Origin: Pelomyxa schiedti
Lineage: Eukaryota; Protista; Evosea
Length of the DNA: 64,000 bases
Direction: 5' to 3'
Assembly (NCBI GenBank): GCA_020536535.1
Contig: JAHLWZ010000530.1
Coordinates: 124,001 to 188,000, forward strand
Shown: positions 36,023-49,460 of the stretch, piece after piece
Position numbering within the stretch: position 1 is the stretch's first letter
How the letters are laid out: each line of letters opens with the position of its first letter
Position numbers and translations under genes: made by a program
Notes under the pieces: model-generated
What the model was told of the DNA's origin: nothing
Seen by the model: the letters and a program-made list of their open reading frames with translations, nothing else
Databases searched by the model: none

Positions 36023-38368
36023 ATGGCGTCAGTCTTGGCTGCCTGTGAGTACCAGCTCGGGGAACAGTACTACTGGGGAGACTTCGATATCCCACGAGAT
36101 GCAGGCAAAGCGGTTGCTTTGTGGGTGCAGGCGGCGCGCCTCGGGTCGCCGTTGGCCATGGTTTCCCTGGGCTGGTGGTGCTACCACCGCGGCGTCGGGG
36201 TCGGCCGCAATCCAGAGGCGGCCGCCGAGCTCTACGCCCACGCCGCCTCTCTTCCCACCTGCCCGCGGGCAGTGCACTGCCAAGCAACCGCCTGCCTCGG
36301 CGTGTGCTCCTTGCGGGGCGAAGGCGCGCCGAGGGACTGGGAGAAGGCCGCACAGCTGCTGCAGCGGGCTCACGAGAGCATGCAGCTGGTGGCCGAGCAA
36401 CTGGGAAAGCCTGCCAGGGTGGACACACTTTGCTACGAGAGGCTGGCGCCTTGCAGGCACCTTGGGTGGTGCTACCTCTGCGGATGCGGGGTGTCGCGGG
36501 ACCCCGAGAGGGCAGTGTCTCTGTTCAATTATGGGCTCAGTTTTTCGTGGAAGGACTGGGGTTGTGCTATTTACCTCGCTCATTGTTACGAAACTGGCGA
36601 GGGTGTTGCGAAGGACACTGGCAAAGCACAGGAGCTGTATGGCATGGCACTTAATGCCAAAGATAGTGCAAATCGTCCCATGCTGGGATTTGGCTCCCCG
36701 GAGGCTTTCGCGGAACTTGGATTGTACCTCCAGAAAGGTCTGTGTGTTGACCGAAATATTCTCAAAGCGTGTTCATTATTCGAGAAGGGTGCTATAGCTG
36801 GTGACCCTGTTGCAATGTTTCACCTTGCATTGTGTGAGACTACTCACAGACGAAGGAGATTTGACCTTCTTACACAGGCTTCCTCTCTTGGCCACAAACA
36901 ATCCTCCCAAATTCTTGCAACCGAAAAGCCATATCCAATTTTACAAGCACTGGTACCTCCGGGCATAACGCCACTACAAGCTGTCAATCAACAGGCAGTA
37001 TGTAACCATTATGCTGGCAAATATATTTAACAAGCAGTCAGGACGTAGAAGAATTAATCATAGAACTTACATCAAAGCTGGAAGAGGTGTGCTTGCATCT
37101 ACAATGTATGTCATAAAGAAAAACCTCATCAGGACAGTATGCGTATTCGACAACTCCAAGAAGAGAATAAATTACTACGCTCTGATTATGCACGCTGTCA
37201 AGTTAGTCGACTAAGTCAACCCTGATGTCCTCACCCTAAAACACAGGAAGTTATTAACACGATGTCGTCACTTATTACTGCAGACATTTCAGACTTCATT
37301 CCGCATGGCCTCCTTGGAATGGGAACAAACACTGCAGCATTTGAAGTGCACTTCAATATACCACTCCCTTTTGACATCAAACTCGGAATCACAACACTGG
37401 TCATGAAAGTTGTCTTCAACATGCGTAATACCAAAATTCCAGAGTACAAGATTCTTGCATCAATTCCACATCACCCTAATGTTATTCACACACTTGGTGA
37501 TATTGCCATCCCACGGTTGATACAATCATTGATATACACCAATAATATCGGCTTATAGGTTACCAAATGAGTTTATTGAAAAGCTAGAAGGACCCATTTT
37601 CCGCCGAATGGCACTTGACCCGTCTCTTGCGTTTCTCATGCCTTTCTGTGGGATCACTCTGTCAGCTTATTTATCTTCTGTATCTCCGGTCAGTACAATT
37701 CACAATCTGATCCTGTACTCACTCTCAGCCTTGCAGACTAGACTCGCCAAAAAGGCCCAGAATATTTTTTTGCAAGGCACAAAAGCAATCCATCATATTG
37801 AAACCTTTTGGGTTGTGCACAGGTACGCCATCTAGCATATTTCTGTATTCACCCTCGCAGGGATATCAAGCAAAGCAACTTATTGGTGGACCCAACAGGG
37901 AAACTCACCTTGATTGACTTTGGTGACGCGACTAAGTGCCTCAATGCTAACTTGGAGTCAGGGGTTTCTCCAACCACACAGTTTTGGGCCAACCCAGGGA
38001 CAATGCCCCCAGAGCTCCACATGTTCATCAAGGCTCTCACCAACGACGTTTCCAGCCGTGGCATTTCCTCCAGCACCAGTAACAAGTCCACCACGTTCTC
38101 ATACTCCAAGTGTGACTCTTTTGCACTGGCCCTCACATTCTACAACACACTTCTTCCCGCTCACGCCAAGTTTATCGGCAGTGAAAAAAACTTCTCCATG
38201 AGCGACTTCACAACGGAGTCACTTGTGACGAATTTCCCACTGCCCGTCCCACAGGGTACACGTCTCACCGGTATACTCATTTCCATGCTGAACCCTGACA
38301 AAGGGCAACGAATGTCAGCTTCTGCAGCCATTGAAACAATCACTCGTGCAACAAAGAACCACCTTTGA
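36023..38368 (+). CDS. Sel1-repeat protein kinase
   Basis: Sel1 repeats (LGWWCYHRGVGVGRNPEAAAELY; LAHCYETGEGVAKDTGKAQELY); kinase GMGTNT, VMK, HPNVI, VVHR|DIK, LIDFG, MPPE, YSKCD. Confidence 0.85.
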
Positions 38369-38507
38369 CTAGACTTGTTCCTTTGACACTTAGTTCTTTG
38401 CAAAAAAATTTGTTTTAAATAAATATATCACGCAAGTTACTGTAACACTCAGAACACAGAACCACAATCAACATGTGATGCTGGTGCTGTGGCAGGTTAT
38501 ATTACTC

Positions 38508-41500
38508 CTAGTGCCGTTTTTTGTTGCTCTTGGATGATGATGTATTAGTAGTGTGCTTGCTGCTGCTATCTGTTGTGCTGGTGGATGTAGTGGTGGATGT
38601 TGTTGTTTTTGTTGGTGAGGTGTTATTGTGGACCCCCTCTGATACAATCAGGGATGCCAGTTCTTGTTTTCCTTGGAGGCAGCTGTGGCTTTCAATACTG
38701 GGTGATGCGGAATGGAACGGGGCTATGAGAGGGTGTTGAAGCAAGTCTGTGGCGTAAGGCCGGGCGTTGGGATTCACTTCAAGGCATAAGTTCGAGAACG
38801 CCGATATAGAAGTGGACCAGAGTGATGGGTTCAGTGGTGGAGGGGACGTGTTTTGGGCCGCTATCAAGAGTAGGGCATTGAGCGGCGGGTGTTGGATGAA
38901 AGGTGGTGAACCATCAATCATTTCCATCACCATTATTCCGAGACTCCAGATGTCCACCTTTTTTGTGCATTCATTGTAAGGAGCATGCTTACGGATGTCA
39001 ACCAAAATGCTATACCTTACAGTTGTATTCTTTTGTCTTGACAACTTCTGGTGCCATCCAATAGGGTGTGCCGACAATCTTGAAGAAAAAGGGATTAAAA
39101 ATGCAATTGAGTGGGTAGACAAGTACTGAGTGCCGGACTGATTTGGAACTTGACAAAGTAGAAACATAACCAAAGTCACCAATTTTACAGGTACCATCCC
39201 TTCCCAGAAGTGTGTTGTCGCTTTTTATATCTCTTTTTGATTATCTGTTAGTATAGTGTGTTTGCAGTGTAGTCTTGTACCTATGAATTTTATTGTTGAT
39301 GTGGAGATATTCCAGTGCTTTTAGTACACAGTAACATACATAACCTATTACACTTGTACTCAGTGGATAGTGATTCTCGATAACATCAGTCAAAGTTCCG
39401 CCGTCCATGTACCTATTTTTCTTCAATCTTGACAATGGACTTGTTGGAGCGATATCAATTTCTGAACTTACTCCATTATAATGCGGATTTGGTCCCCCTT
39501 GGTGAAGCAGTCAATGAACTTCACGAGATTTGGGTGATGTGACGTTTTCATTGCAAATACTTCCATTGTTATCTATGGGCGTTAGAGTTCAGAGATAAGA
39601 AAAGAAGTTGAAGTACCTGCTTTCGATTTTTATCTGCTAGAGGTATCACCTTAATTGCAACTTTTTTCTTGGAAGCTTTGTGTAGTGCAGAGAATATCTA
39701 TTCAAGTGAGCCTCGTTTGGCATAACGAATTGGGGAATTGTACCTTACCAGCAGAGCCTTCGCCTATCAATTTAACGTCACCGTACTCGGCCATTGTGGA
39801 AACTGCAGGTGCTAGATCTAGGATGTCAAGGGGGGTCTGTGCATGGCCTTTTAGCTCCACCGCTGTTGGTGGCGGGGAGGCACTGGGTGTTTTCTCATTG
39901 GCGGCACTAGTTTTTCCATGTATAGTAAGCTCCCAATGCTTGGAGTCTTGAACACCAATTCCCCCTAGCAAGCCAGTAAAAAGAACGTCCAGCATGGCAC
40001 CTCTCACGTAGTTGCTGGGGAAGCTTGGAGATTTTTCACTTGAGGCAGAGGTTTCCCCTTTAAGAGTCGTCGAACTGGGTGACTTGGAAGTGGGTGGCTT
40101 GAACAGCTTTTTGGATATACTTCTTAAGAAACCATGCTGTGATTCATCGGGCTTGATGCTTGGGGTAGTTGATTCTGCAGGCTGTGGCACAGGTCGAATG
40201 ATTCCCGGTGGCAATTCAGGCTGTGATGGCGGGGGAGAGATCGGGACTGGTGTTTGTTGTGGTAATTCTTTATCTTCTTTTTCCTCTTTGAAATTCCCCC
40301 AGCTCCGAGATCGATGATGGGATTTAGTCGAATTAGTTGGTGGTTGAAGATGATCCTTGTAAAAGTGAAAAAGAAAAATTACAGGCAGGTACCGTACCCC
40401 AGAGAGTCTCCGTTTTAGTAACTCGATCGTGGCATCTTGGTTGCTGATTTTCTCCTCCAAGATTTGGAGTCTTGAAGACATTGACACCAATTGGCTAGAA
40501 AGCTTTTCGTGATCCTTGTATAAGATTAGTGGTTCGAGTGTTCCTAGTTTAATTGCATGACATACTTTGGCCTTTTGCTCAGCAATGTGCTTCTGTTGTT
40601 CTTTTATGGCTTGTTTTAATTTATTTTCTAAATCTTTTTGTATCTGTATGGGATTTTGAAGAGCGAATTGCTCGTTGGTAGCCAGTCCATTATCCTGGTT
40701 ACTGTGAATAAAAAAAAACCACAAAATTTACAAGGAAACCGTTACTGTGTGCTCCCGAACGTTGTTCCCTTCATGTATTTCATTCCCTTTAATACGTTGA
40801 GTCTGGGAAGTTAGTGACAAATTTGAAGCAGCGTGGATTGGTTCTAGATAGGCAGATTTCTTGGCCGTCAAGTTTTTTTGGGAGGGCAGAAGAATTTGAG
40901 ATGATAATGTTGGAGAAGGGGAAGTGTGTGTTGGAAAGGCAAGATTGGATCGTGACTGGTGGGCTGATGGATCTTGAAGCTCCCACCCCGTTAAACTTCT
41001 TTGCAGTGAGGAAATATCCCCTTTTTCACATGTGAGTGAAGTAGATAAAAGTAAAGATAAGTGTTTACCAATGTTTGATGGTGAGTTACTAGGTGGGGCT
41101 CTGTGCTTTCTGTTGAAATCAGCTTCTCCGCATACTGAAATAGATCTCGTGAAGGCACCATAGTTGGCAACAACAGAAAGGTTATCAGAACTTTTAATGG
41201 AAGGAAATCGAACTGCTGAATCCTAGCCATTAAAATGTTGGAAGAAGTATTTCAAAAGAATATCCTAATACCATGGGATAGGGGGTGTCGGGAAAATTGA
41301 TTTCCATTTTGCTTTTTTTTTGTGTTAGTTTGAGAGAATTTCTTGAAGTAAGCTCACGAAGTTGTTAAAGATGTTCGTGGACACGATTTAGACCTCATTC
41401 TAGCCTCAGCTAGTTTTTTAAAAAAGTTAACAAGTAACAACCAAATCAAAAAAAAAAAAAAAGTCACCTTGGGGTGAGGACACACGGTCTACCGGTGTTT

Positions 41501-42662
41501 GTGTAATCGAGATGGAGGGTACTGTACATTCCGTCATTTCAGGACTCGCTCTGGCAGGTGCGTCCTTAATGCACAAGTCAAACCACAAGTGCGCCAAACC
41601 CTCAAGCAAGAGAAGGGATAATACCCGTGGGGAAGGCTGGCTGCAGTTGTGCCTGTGCTTCCCCCGTGGCGGCGACTCGGACGAGTGCTGCTGGCACGAG
41701 ACGATGTGGTGCTCCAGCGCCGGGAACGGCTGCCTCGGGGGGGCATCCTCGTGGTGCCTCCGCGACTTCCTCTTGCGCTCCTGCTCCCCGCCCCCGCTGG
41801 CCCCGCCCGCCCCGCTGCTCCCGGGGAGCTGGTCGCCGGTGGGGCTCTGGTTCGAGGCAGAGGCGCCGCAGCCGCCGCCGCATGTGCTGCCGTAGATCGC
41901 GGGGAAGTGCGTGGTCAGCTCGGACTCGTGGCGGCGGTGGAAGGTGGTGTGGGGCGAGGGCGAGCACGAGGAGGAGACCTCGGACGAGGACGAGGAGCTG
42001 GGCAGCCGGGCCTTGGAGGGCGAGGGGCACGGGGACCGCGACCGCGACACGGACGGCGACAGCGCCGCGGGCACCGCCGAGCCGACGTCGTCCTCGCTCG
42101 AGGTGTCCTCGACGACGAGCACGGGGTTGTCGCTGCCGAGGTGGCTCACCGTCGACGATCTCACGGGCACCGAGGGCGTGGACAACGACAAGGGGTTCCT
42201 GCTGCTACCTGCGCCGGGCACCACTGCGGCAACAGAAAGGCACGCCGAAGACTGGTTCTTTCTGAATTGTGGGTTGCTGTAGGACTTCTTGTGCCCGCTG
42301 CCGTGTACCCTCTCGGTCGTTGGACTCCGGTGTCCCCTCGGCGATGATGTTGTTGGTGGTGTGTTGTTGCTGGCGTTGGTGATACTGAGACTGGTGCCGA
42401 GGCTACTGTTGGTTGTAGTTGTCGTTGTCGATACTTCCGGTGGACCGTCCATCGTCAAATGGAGACGGTGGTCTTTGGTTTTCTCTGTTGATTTTCCCCT
42501 TGTGCACTTTCGTTGTTTATTGACGCTGTGGAAAAAACTGGGCGATAACAGATCAAAAAAAGTTTCCTTCCGTACCGCCGTTTTTGTTCCTTTCTTCTCG
42601 GTGGAGAGGCTGACCTGGGACATGGTTGTACTCTTTGGTGTTGGCGATTCCGTTTCTCCCAT
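38508..42662 (-). CDS. STE20/PAK-like Ser/Thr kinase with a long low-complexity and coiled-coil N-terminus
   Basis: [75 protein letters not shown]. Confidence 0.85.
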
Positions 42663-42684
42663 TATGGGATCATGCGACGCGGTG

Positions 42685-44437
42685 TTACGGTGAACTCCAC
42701 AGGGGATCTATGCCTAACTCAAAGTAGGTGTTGAGCCACCCAGCTGTGGAAATGTGGGTGTTGGTTACAAGCTTCTGTACAATGTGGGTGAGGTTGGGAA
42801 TATCTCCCTTTGTGATTCCCAGGTTGACCACCAGCCACTTTACCACAGGAAGCTGCCCGTTTGCAATTGCACTTCGCAATCCAGGCCGCGAAATAACATC
42901 TGATTTGGTGCATCGCCGTTGTAAAACAATCAGTTTCACAGCTTCTAAGTGGCCTCCTGCACAAGCTGCCCACAACATTGCTGGAAAAACCTCTTCTCTG
43001 TTTGGATCCTTCATGTAGTTGGCAAGATACCACTGCACTGCATGTGTGAAACCATGCAATGCAGCGTTTATTACCCCTGAGCCTATTATAAAGTACCCTG
43101 GTGCATATGAATCAAACAGAGTCATCATATCAGGATTGTGCTGAGTACATGCAAGTCCAAACCATTGCCTAACAAAGCTAGACTGAGAAAGTTCAGGAGA
43201 TTGCTGTAGAGCAAGTGATAGTGCTTCTTTGGCGAGATTCAAATGCCCCCCCGAGATTGCCCCTCTAATAATTGCACAGTGGTAGTGTCTACAAGGGTGG
43301 AGCTCGAGTGATATTTTGTTGCTGAACCAGGAAATCAGTTCTCGGTCTCCCACTTTTCCAAGGCTCTCCAGTGCTGTTGAATGGCAAGTAACACTATCTT
43401 CAAACGGTTTCGAGGCAAACCAAAATATCAGGTCCCTGTTTCCTGTGCTGCAAACTGCGCTCAACAAATCAGAAGAGGTTTCCCAAACTGAAAATGAGTC
43501 AGCAAGCCATTTTGCAACTTCAAGATGTCCATTACGGCATGCAGATCGAAATGGTTCGTTTCTAAAGTATTGTACTTGATCTCTGCCGTAGTGAAAGTAA
43601 CTTGCAATCCACTTGGCAACGGACAATTGCCCACTGGAGCATGCTCTGTTGAATACCAAGTTAAACAAATCCAATACATCTTCCATCCGGAGTGAAAACT
43701 TCCTCGCCATCCATTCTACAGTCTTCAGAGAGCCAGCTTCACTTGCACCAGCCAGAGAGTATAAAATCAGTCCCTTGTTACGGTGAGGCTGTGACGCCTC
43801 CAAAATCCATTCCAGGGTTTCTTTGTCTTGGCAGTTCTTGAAAGCTTCCATCAACACTTCTCCCCCATTGGCTTTTTTCTTGTATGGCCTGTTGCTGAAG
43901 TCCATCACTTGTTCAATACAGTCATGCAGCTTGATGTGGAATTTTTTTGAGAACAATTTGGCAGCTTGTATGCGAACCCTCATTACCGCGGTGACCATAA
44001 GGTGATATTCAGCTATTGTGGGGCATAGAACCGCTTTCCTAAGATGGTCATACAGCCCCTCACTGTGTGAAGTATAATTCTGCATGGGGTTGAGTGGAAC
44101 AAACAAAAAAGTGTCTAAGCAACATAGGGGGGAAAAAAACCCATTGATCTGTGTAAGTGACAGGCGGGTTGGTGGCGAACAGCAGTCTGGCTTGTTTGAC
44201 AGAGGCCTCGCACAGCAACCAACTTACATCGCACAGAGTAACCAGTGCCTCAAACGAGTCGAGGATGGGCACTATGTGAGTTACCAAAAAGCCGCAGGTT
44301 TTCACTGTATCTGCTATTTGTTGGCTCCTGCTGAGTGGGGCACAGCCTCCTTGCAGTGTTGTTGGCGCTGCTTCCTCTGTTGTTTTGTCACTGTGTTGCG
44401 GTATCGGTTTTTTCCCCCTCGACTCCTCACCGCCCAT
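42685..44437 (-). CDS. Ankyrin-repeat protein
   Basis: Repeated ACxxGxLxVAKW units (ACSSGQLSVAKW, ACRNGHLEVAKW, ACAGGHLEAVKL, AIANGQLPVVKW); upstream exon ~44437-44148. Confidence 0.8.
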
Positions 44438-44500
44438 TTTTTTATCCACCCGGGTCTCGTTTAACTTTGCCAAAGCAGTCCTTTTCTGCTCCTTTGATGG

Positions 44501-45055
44501 GTGCGACAAACTACCGCCTCCCCACGGGCTTCACCTTCGTCGACGTGGCCCGCGAACGCTGCAGATACTACCTCGTGGACAGCGACTGCGTCGTGTGCAA
44601 CCGCTCATGGATTGCAGCAGCAAGGTGGTCGAACAGGGTGGATATCTGGGAAGGGCGAGGAGGAGGGGGGAAGAGGAGCACGACTCCTTGAGGGGGTCCG
44701 TCGTTCGGGATTCCAAGCAGACGACCGTTCATTCCCGGGAGTCACTGGGGCTGGATTCTTGTATCTTTTTAGCACTGTACTCCAGACTGTAACACTCACT
44801 TATGTGGACTTGCCCTGCTCCTCTTCTGGATTGCTTGTTGCTGTGAGTCCGCCACTAGTGTTTCACATGCCATTCAGGTCTATATACACCATAGGTGGTG
44901 CTATGTTTGCTGGAGGTGTCATTCTACTTTTACTTGGAACTGGGAAACCCAGTAAGAAAAGACTGTTGTTTACTCCACCAAAACAAGGAAAGAAATGGAA
45001 AGGGGGAAAGGAATCACTCTCTTTAATAACCTATCTTCCACAAAACCTATTTTGA
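44501..45055 (+). pseudogene. Possible gene fragment or small hypothetical gene
   Basis: Coding-like GC-rich patch (GFTFVDVARERCRYYLVDSDCVVCNRSWIAAARW) continuing in a shifted frame; no clear start. Confidence 0.25.
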
Positions 45056-45374
45056 CCCTCCCCCATATTATACATGCCAACTGCCTAACAAGGTTTTGCA
45101 CATTGGAATCCAACACTCCCATTGCTAACAGTGCACATCACACACCCCCCAACACAGACAACAATTAGATTTTTTTAATGGTGCCAGCCACATCAACTTT
45201 CACATCTCACCATAAACTCCATGAACCAAAATAAATTGGTAAACACTCAAACTCTGGGGTTCTCACCCAGTTGGGGGACCCCCAGAGTTTCACTTTTACC
45301 GTGAAGTATTTTGACAGATGAACGAAAGCGTTTGGAAGTGTAAATTATTAAAACTACTAATTTAATCAGAGGCG

Positions 45375-47387
45375 ATGAGATCTGCCCTTTGTGCGGTTGG
45401 GCTTTGTTTGTGCTTGTGGCTGTCCGTGTGTGCAGGATCCGCCACAATTAATGCTGTTACGGACATTCCTGGTGTCGGTATGTCTCTTCTCCCCTTGGCC
45501 CACGGTCTGACCTTTTTTTTTTGTTAGACCCATCAGAGTACACTTTTTCAATGTACTCTGGATATGTTGGTGTTGGTGATGCTTCGCTTGGCCACAGATT
45601 GTTTTTTTACATTGTGGAGAGCCAGCGTGATCCTGCCAACGACCCAGTTATTGTAAAAATTGGTGGGGGGCCAGGTTGCTCAGCCGTTGGGGAGGGGTTC
45701 TTTGAAGTGGGACCCTTTGTAGCGGAGCCGGATGGCGAATCCCTCAGAGTTAATCAGTGGAGTTATAACACAGTTGCCAACGTATGCTATAATAAAGGGT
45801 AGGATAAGTATTGTATTGAATTACGAGTAATAATTCTCCCCCTATTTTTATGTAACCTGCTCCATTAAGCTGATTTATTTGGACTCTCCTTGTGGTACTG
45901 GCTTCAGCAAGGTACTTCCTCAATTATGTATTATTCAATCTAAAGTTCACAAGCCGACAATCGCTGGAAATATAGTCACTTCTGATAGCGTAGCTACCTC
46001 AGAAGCCTTTGATTTTCTGACCCAATTTTTTTCTGTTTTAAGACCCGATTGGATAACTAAGTATCATCCTTTCACTTAATATTAAGTTGTTAATCATTAC
46101 AGTCCCCTTTGGTTAATTGGGGGGAGTTATTGTGGTCACTACCTTCCTCAGGTTCCCTTTTTTTCTTTTTTTTTTCTTCTTCTTTTCTACCACCCTTTTG
46201 CATCGCTAAATGGCTCCCAAGTTAGCCAACTACATCCTCGAACACAATGGAGAAAACGGGACAAAGTTAAATTTTGCCGGGTTAGTGAAGAGAGCTTTTT
46301 CTTTTTTGGCCAACCCACAACTATCAGATTTACACTTGGAAATCCTCTCACTGATTTAGCCTATGACCAGTTTGCTCAAATTGTTGTCGCACTTGACTTC
46401 ACACTGTACCTAATGCTACTTTTCAGGATACTCTTTATACCCACACAATTATTTCCTCTCAGACATATAATTCGGCTGTAGCCAATTGTGATTTTTCCAT
46501 CGAGGGATTACTGGTGCCGCCCCCTTTGAAGAGCAAATGCACAGTTGATAACCAACAATATATCAAGCTCTTAATCTCAAATAGGCAGCCCTTCTTTCTA
46601 TAATGACTGAAATGGGGAATATCGATTCTTATGAACTCTATGGAAATCCTTGCACTGACAATGTACCTCTCATTCTAGATCTCATTGATGAGCAAATTTA
46701 TTCTAATAAGAGGTAATTTTTGCAGGAAACAATTTGGGCAAAACCTCAGCCATATTACCAACCCTGTATAGATTCTTTTGTTGAAGCTTGTAAGCTTACT
46801 GTTCTACAATTAATCTCTCAACTCAACTCTCCCCCAAGATATGAATAGAGCTGATGTGCAAAAAGCCTTCAACATTGATGGCACTGTAGTTTTTTCACAG
46901 TGCAACATGGATGTATGCGACCCTCTTCTATTCCCTTATTAACACTCACCAAGACTTTCACTTTCTGGAATGCAGATGACTTTGCTCGCAGCATGCTCCC
47001 TCTGTGGGCCACTCTCCCGGAATCTGGAATCAACATTTTAGTTTATGGAGGCGACGTGGACGACGTGATACCAACCTCGGGAACTAGAGCCTGGGTTGAT
47101 GGCCTAGCACTTCCGGAGGTATCTAGCTGGAAGCCATGGCTAGTTGAGGGTTTGGTGAGTAAATGCCTATTCCGTCTTGTTGCCATTTGGTTTACACTGA
47201 TGGAAGGTTTCTGGTTACTCACACCACTACCAAGGCCTTACATTCGCCACAGTGAAAAATGCAGGGTACACGATCTCCACCCATTTCAACCACCTAATTT
47301 AAAGCACAACACAGGCACATGGTTGCGTACTGCCAACCCAAAACCACATTCCACATGTGGAGCAACTTCATAGCCGGCCAGTTCTAA
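45375..47387 (+). CDS. Serine carboxypeptidase (peptidase S10) with signal peptide, multi-exon
   Basis: MYSGYVGV..LFFYIVESQRDPANDPV..GGGPGCS..EVGPF, DSPCGTGFS, nucleophile GGSYCGHYLP, YGGDVDDVIP, TVKNAG|HMV. Confidence 0.9.
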
Positions 47388-47499
47388 GTTTACCTACACA
47401 ATCCACATCACCCAAAAGAGGGAAAAAAAAACGAACAGGGAAGCAGGCCTTTTTTTGTTTGTTTCTTTTTTGTTCTTGTGAAACCTGGAGCTTTTTGGG

Positions 47500-49405
47500 G
47501 TGTCGTCACGAGCCACGACAAGGCACCTGATACGAGGCAGGTGGAGGCTACTCATTCTTTTTGTAGTCGTTGCGTACCTCGGCGTTACACTGTGGTTTCT
47601 CTACTCAACCCTGCATCCCATGTCGGCCACTCCCACGATTGATACTGTTATCACTACTACTACTACTACAACAACCACGACAACCAACGGCGACGATAAC
47701 GAGGGCCATGACGGTTCGGGGGCGAAGGGACACGACCATGGCCCAGGCACAAAAGTGGATGTTGGGCTGAATGAGAATGATGGGACGGCGGCAGAGGTCA
47801 CTGGTGAGACTGACATAAACAAGGGGGGTACTGCTGCTGCTGTTGCTGCAACTGTGCCAAATATTATGCACCCTAGAGTGCATGTGTTTTATTACCCTTG
47901 GTACGCTTCTATGGAGTATGATGGGAGGTGGTCACACTGGAACCACAGAATACTTCCTCACTGGAACCCAGTCACTGCTAAGGGGGTGTGCTCTTTTGTC
48001 CTCTTCTTTCGTTTGCTTTTGTTCATAAGAAGCTTGTTACCTGCAGTTATAACATTCTCCCTGAGTTTCAATTTTTAGTCACTGATTGGTTTCTTAGTTC
48101 CCGACAGGGTTCAATTACAACCCTCCTGATGACATAGGAGCAAACTTCTACCCAGCACTTGGTCCATATTCATCAAGAAATGAGGTTCACACCATCTGCT
48201 TTTTTGCTTTCCCCAATTCACACTTTACAAGTAGACAGTAATTGCACAGCATATGTCTGACCTTTCCGGCTATATTGTGGTTGTATCGTGGTGGGGAATA
48301 CCATCCCGGCGTGTATGTCCTCACGGAAATTCGTAAATTTAAATTGACACCCACTGTTTTAGGCTAGTGCCGACGGGGAAGGGTATACTACAGATACAGT
48401 AATGCCCCTTCTGTTGAGTGCAGCAGAGACTGCTGGATGTAAACTGGCAATCCACCTGGAACCGTATCCTGGCAGATCTGCCTCTACTGTGAAGGAAGAT
48501 CTTAAATATATTTCTAAGCAGTATGGAAAGCACCCGGCCTTCTATCGCACTCCTGATACCCACTTGCCCGTGGTTTATGTGTATGTTACATATTTTGAGG
48601 TACATAAATGTAAGCATTTTTAAGGTACGATTCTTACCAAACTGAAGCAAGTGAATGGGCAACGCTACTCAAAGTTGATGGCAGTAGATCAATTAGGGGG
48701 ACTGACCATGATGCAATCATGCTGGCTTTGCTTGTTGAGCAAAAGGACTGGTTACTGGTTTCGGCCGGCTTTGATGGTGTCTACACTTACTTTGCTGTAC
48801 GGTTTCATACCAATACTGTACGTTAAATTAATCTTACATAGGCAGATGGATTTACATATGGATCATCAAGGCATAACTGGGAATCCATTGCAACAAAAGC
48901 TAAAACAGAAGATTGCTTCCTCTCCCTGAGTGTCGGTCCAGGATATATTGATACAAGAATAAGACCATGTACTCCTTTTTTTTTTTGGGAGAATTGCTAA
49001 ACATTAATGCCAAATGTCACTAGGGAATGATGCCAACACACATTCAAGGAAAAACGGTGCGTATTATGAAGATGCATGGAGAGCAGCAACTTCCACGCAA
49101 CCTGGTATGGTCTAAATACAAAAAATTATTTCAACATTCTCACTGAGGCACCAGATTTCATTTCTGTAACAAGTTACAATGAGTGGCATGAAGGTAGAAC
49201 CTAAAATTCAAAAAAACCAGCTCACTTAACACGAATTCAAGGAACTCAAATAGAAGCCGCTGTTCCAAAAAAAATAGGCACCTCAGTCAACCCCACGTTC
49301 GAAAGTGGATACACATACTCGGACTATCAACCCCATGAGCCGGATTTCTACCTTACAACAACCAGAAACCACGCAATGCAATTTGACCCTCCAAACAAAA
49401 CGTGA
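47500..49405 (+). CDS. MANEA: GH99 endo-alpha-1,2-mannosidase (MANEA-like), type II membrane protein
   Basis: N-terminal TM helix; HVFYYPWY, HWNH, DDIGANFYPALGPYSS, VVSWW, HLEPY, SVGPGYIDTRIRP, SVTSYNEWHEGTQIE. Confidence 0.9.
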
Positions 49406-49460
49406 AAATGAAAGTGTTGGATGCTTCCAAATAATTTAGATCACTTTACTGTTGCACAAA

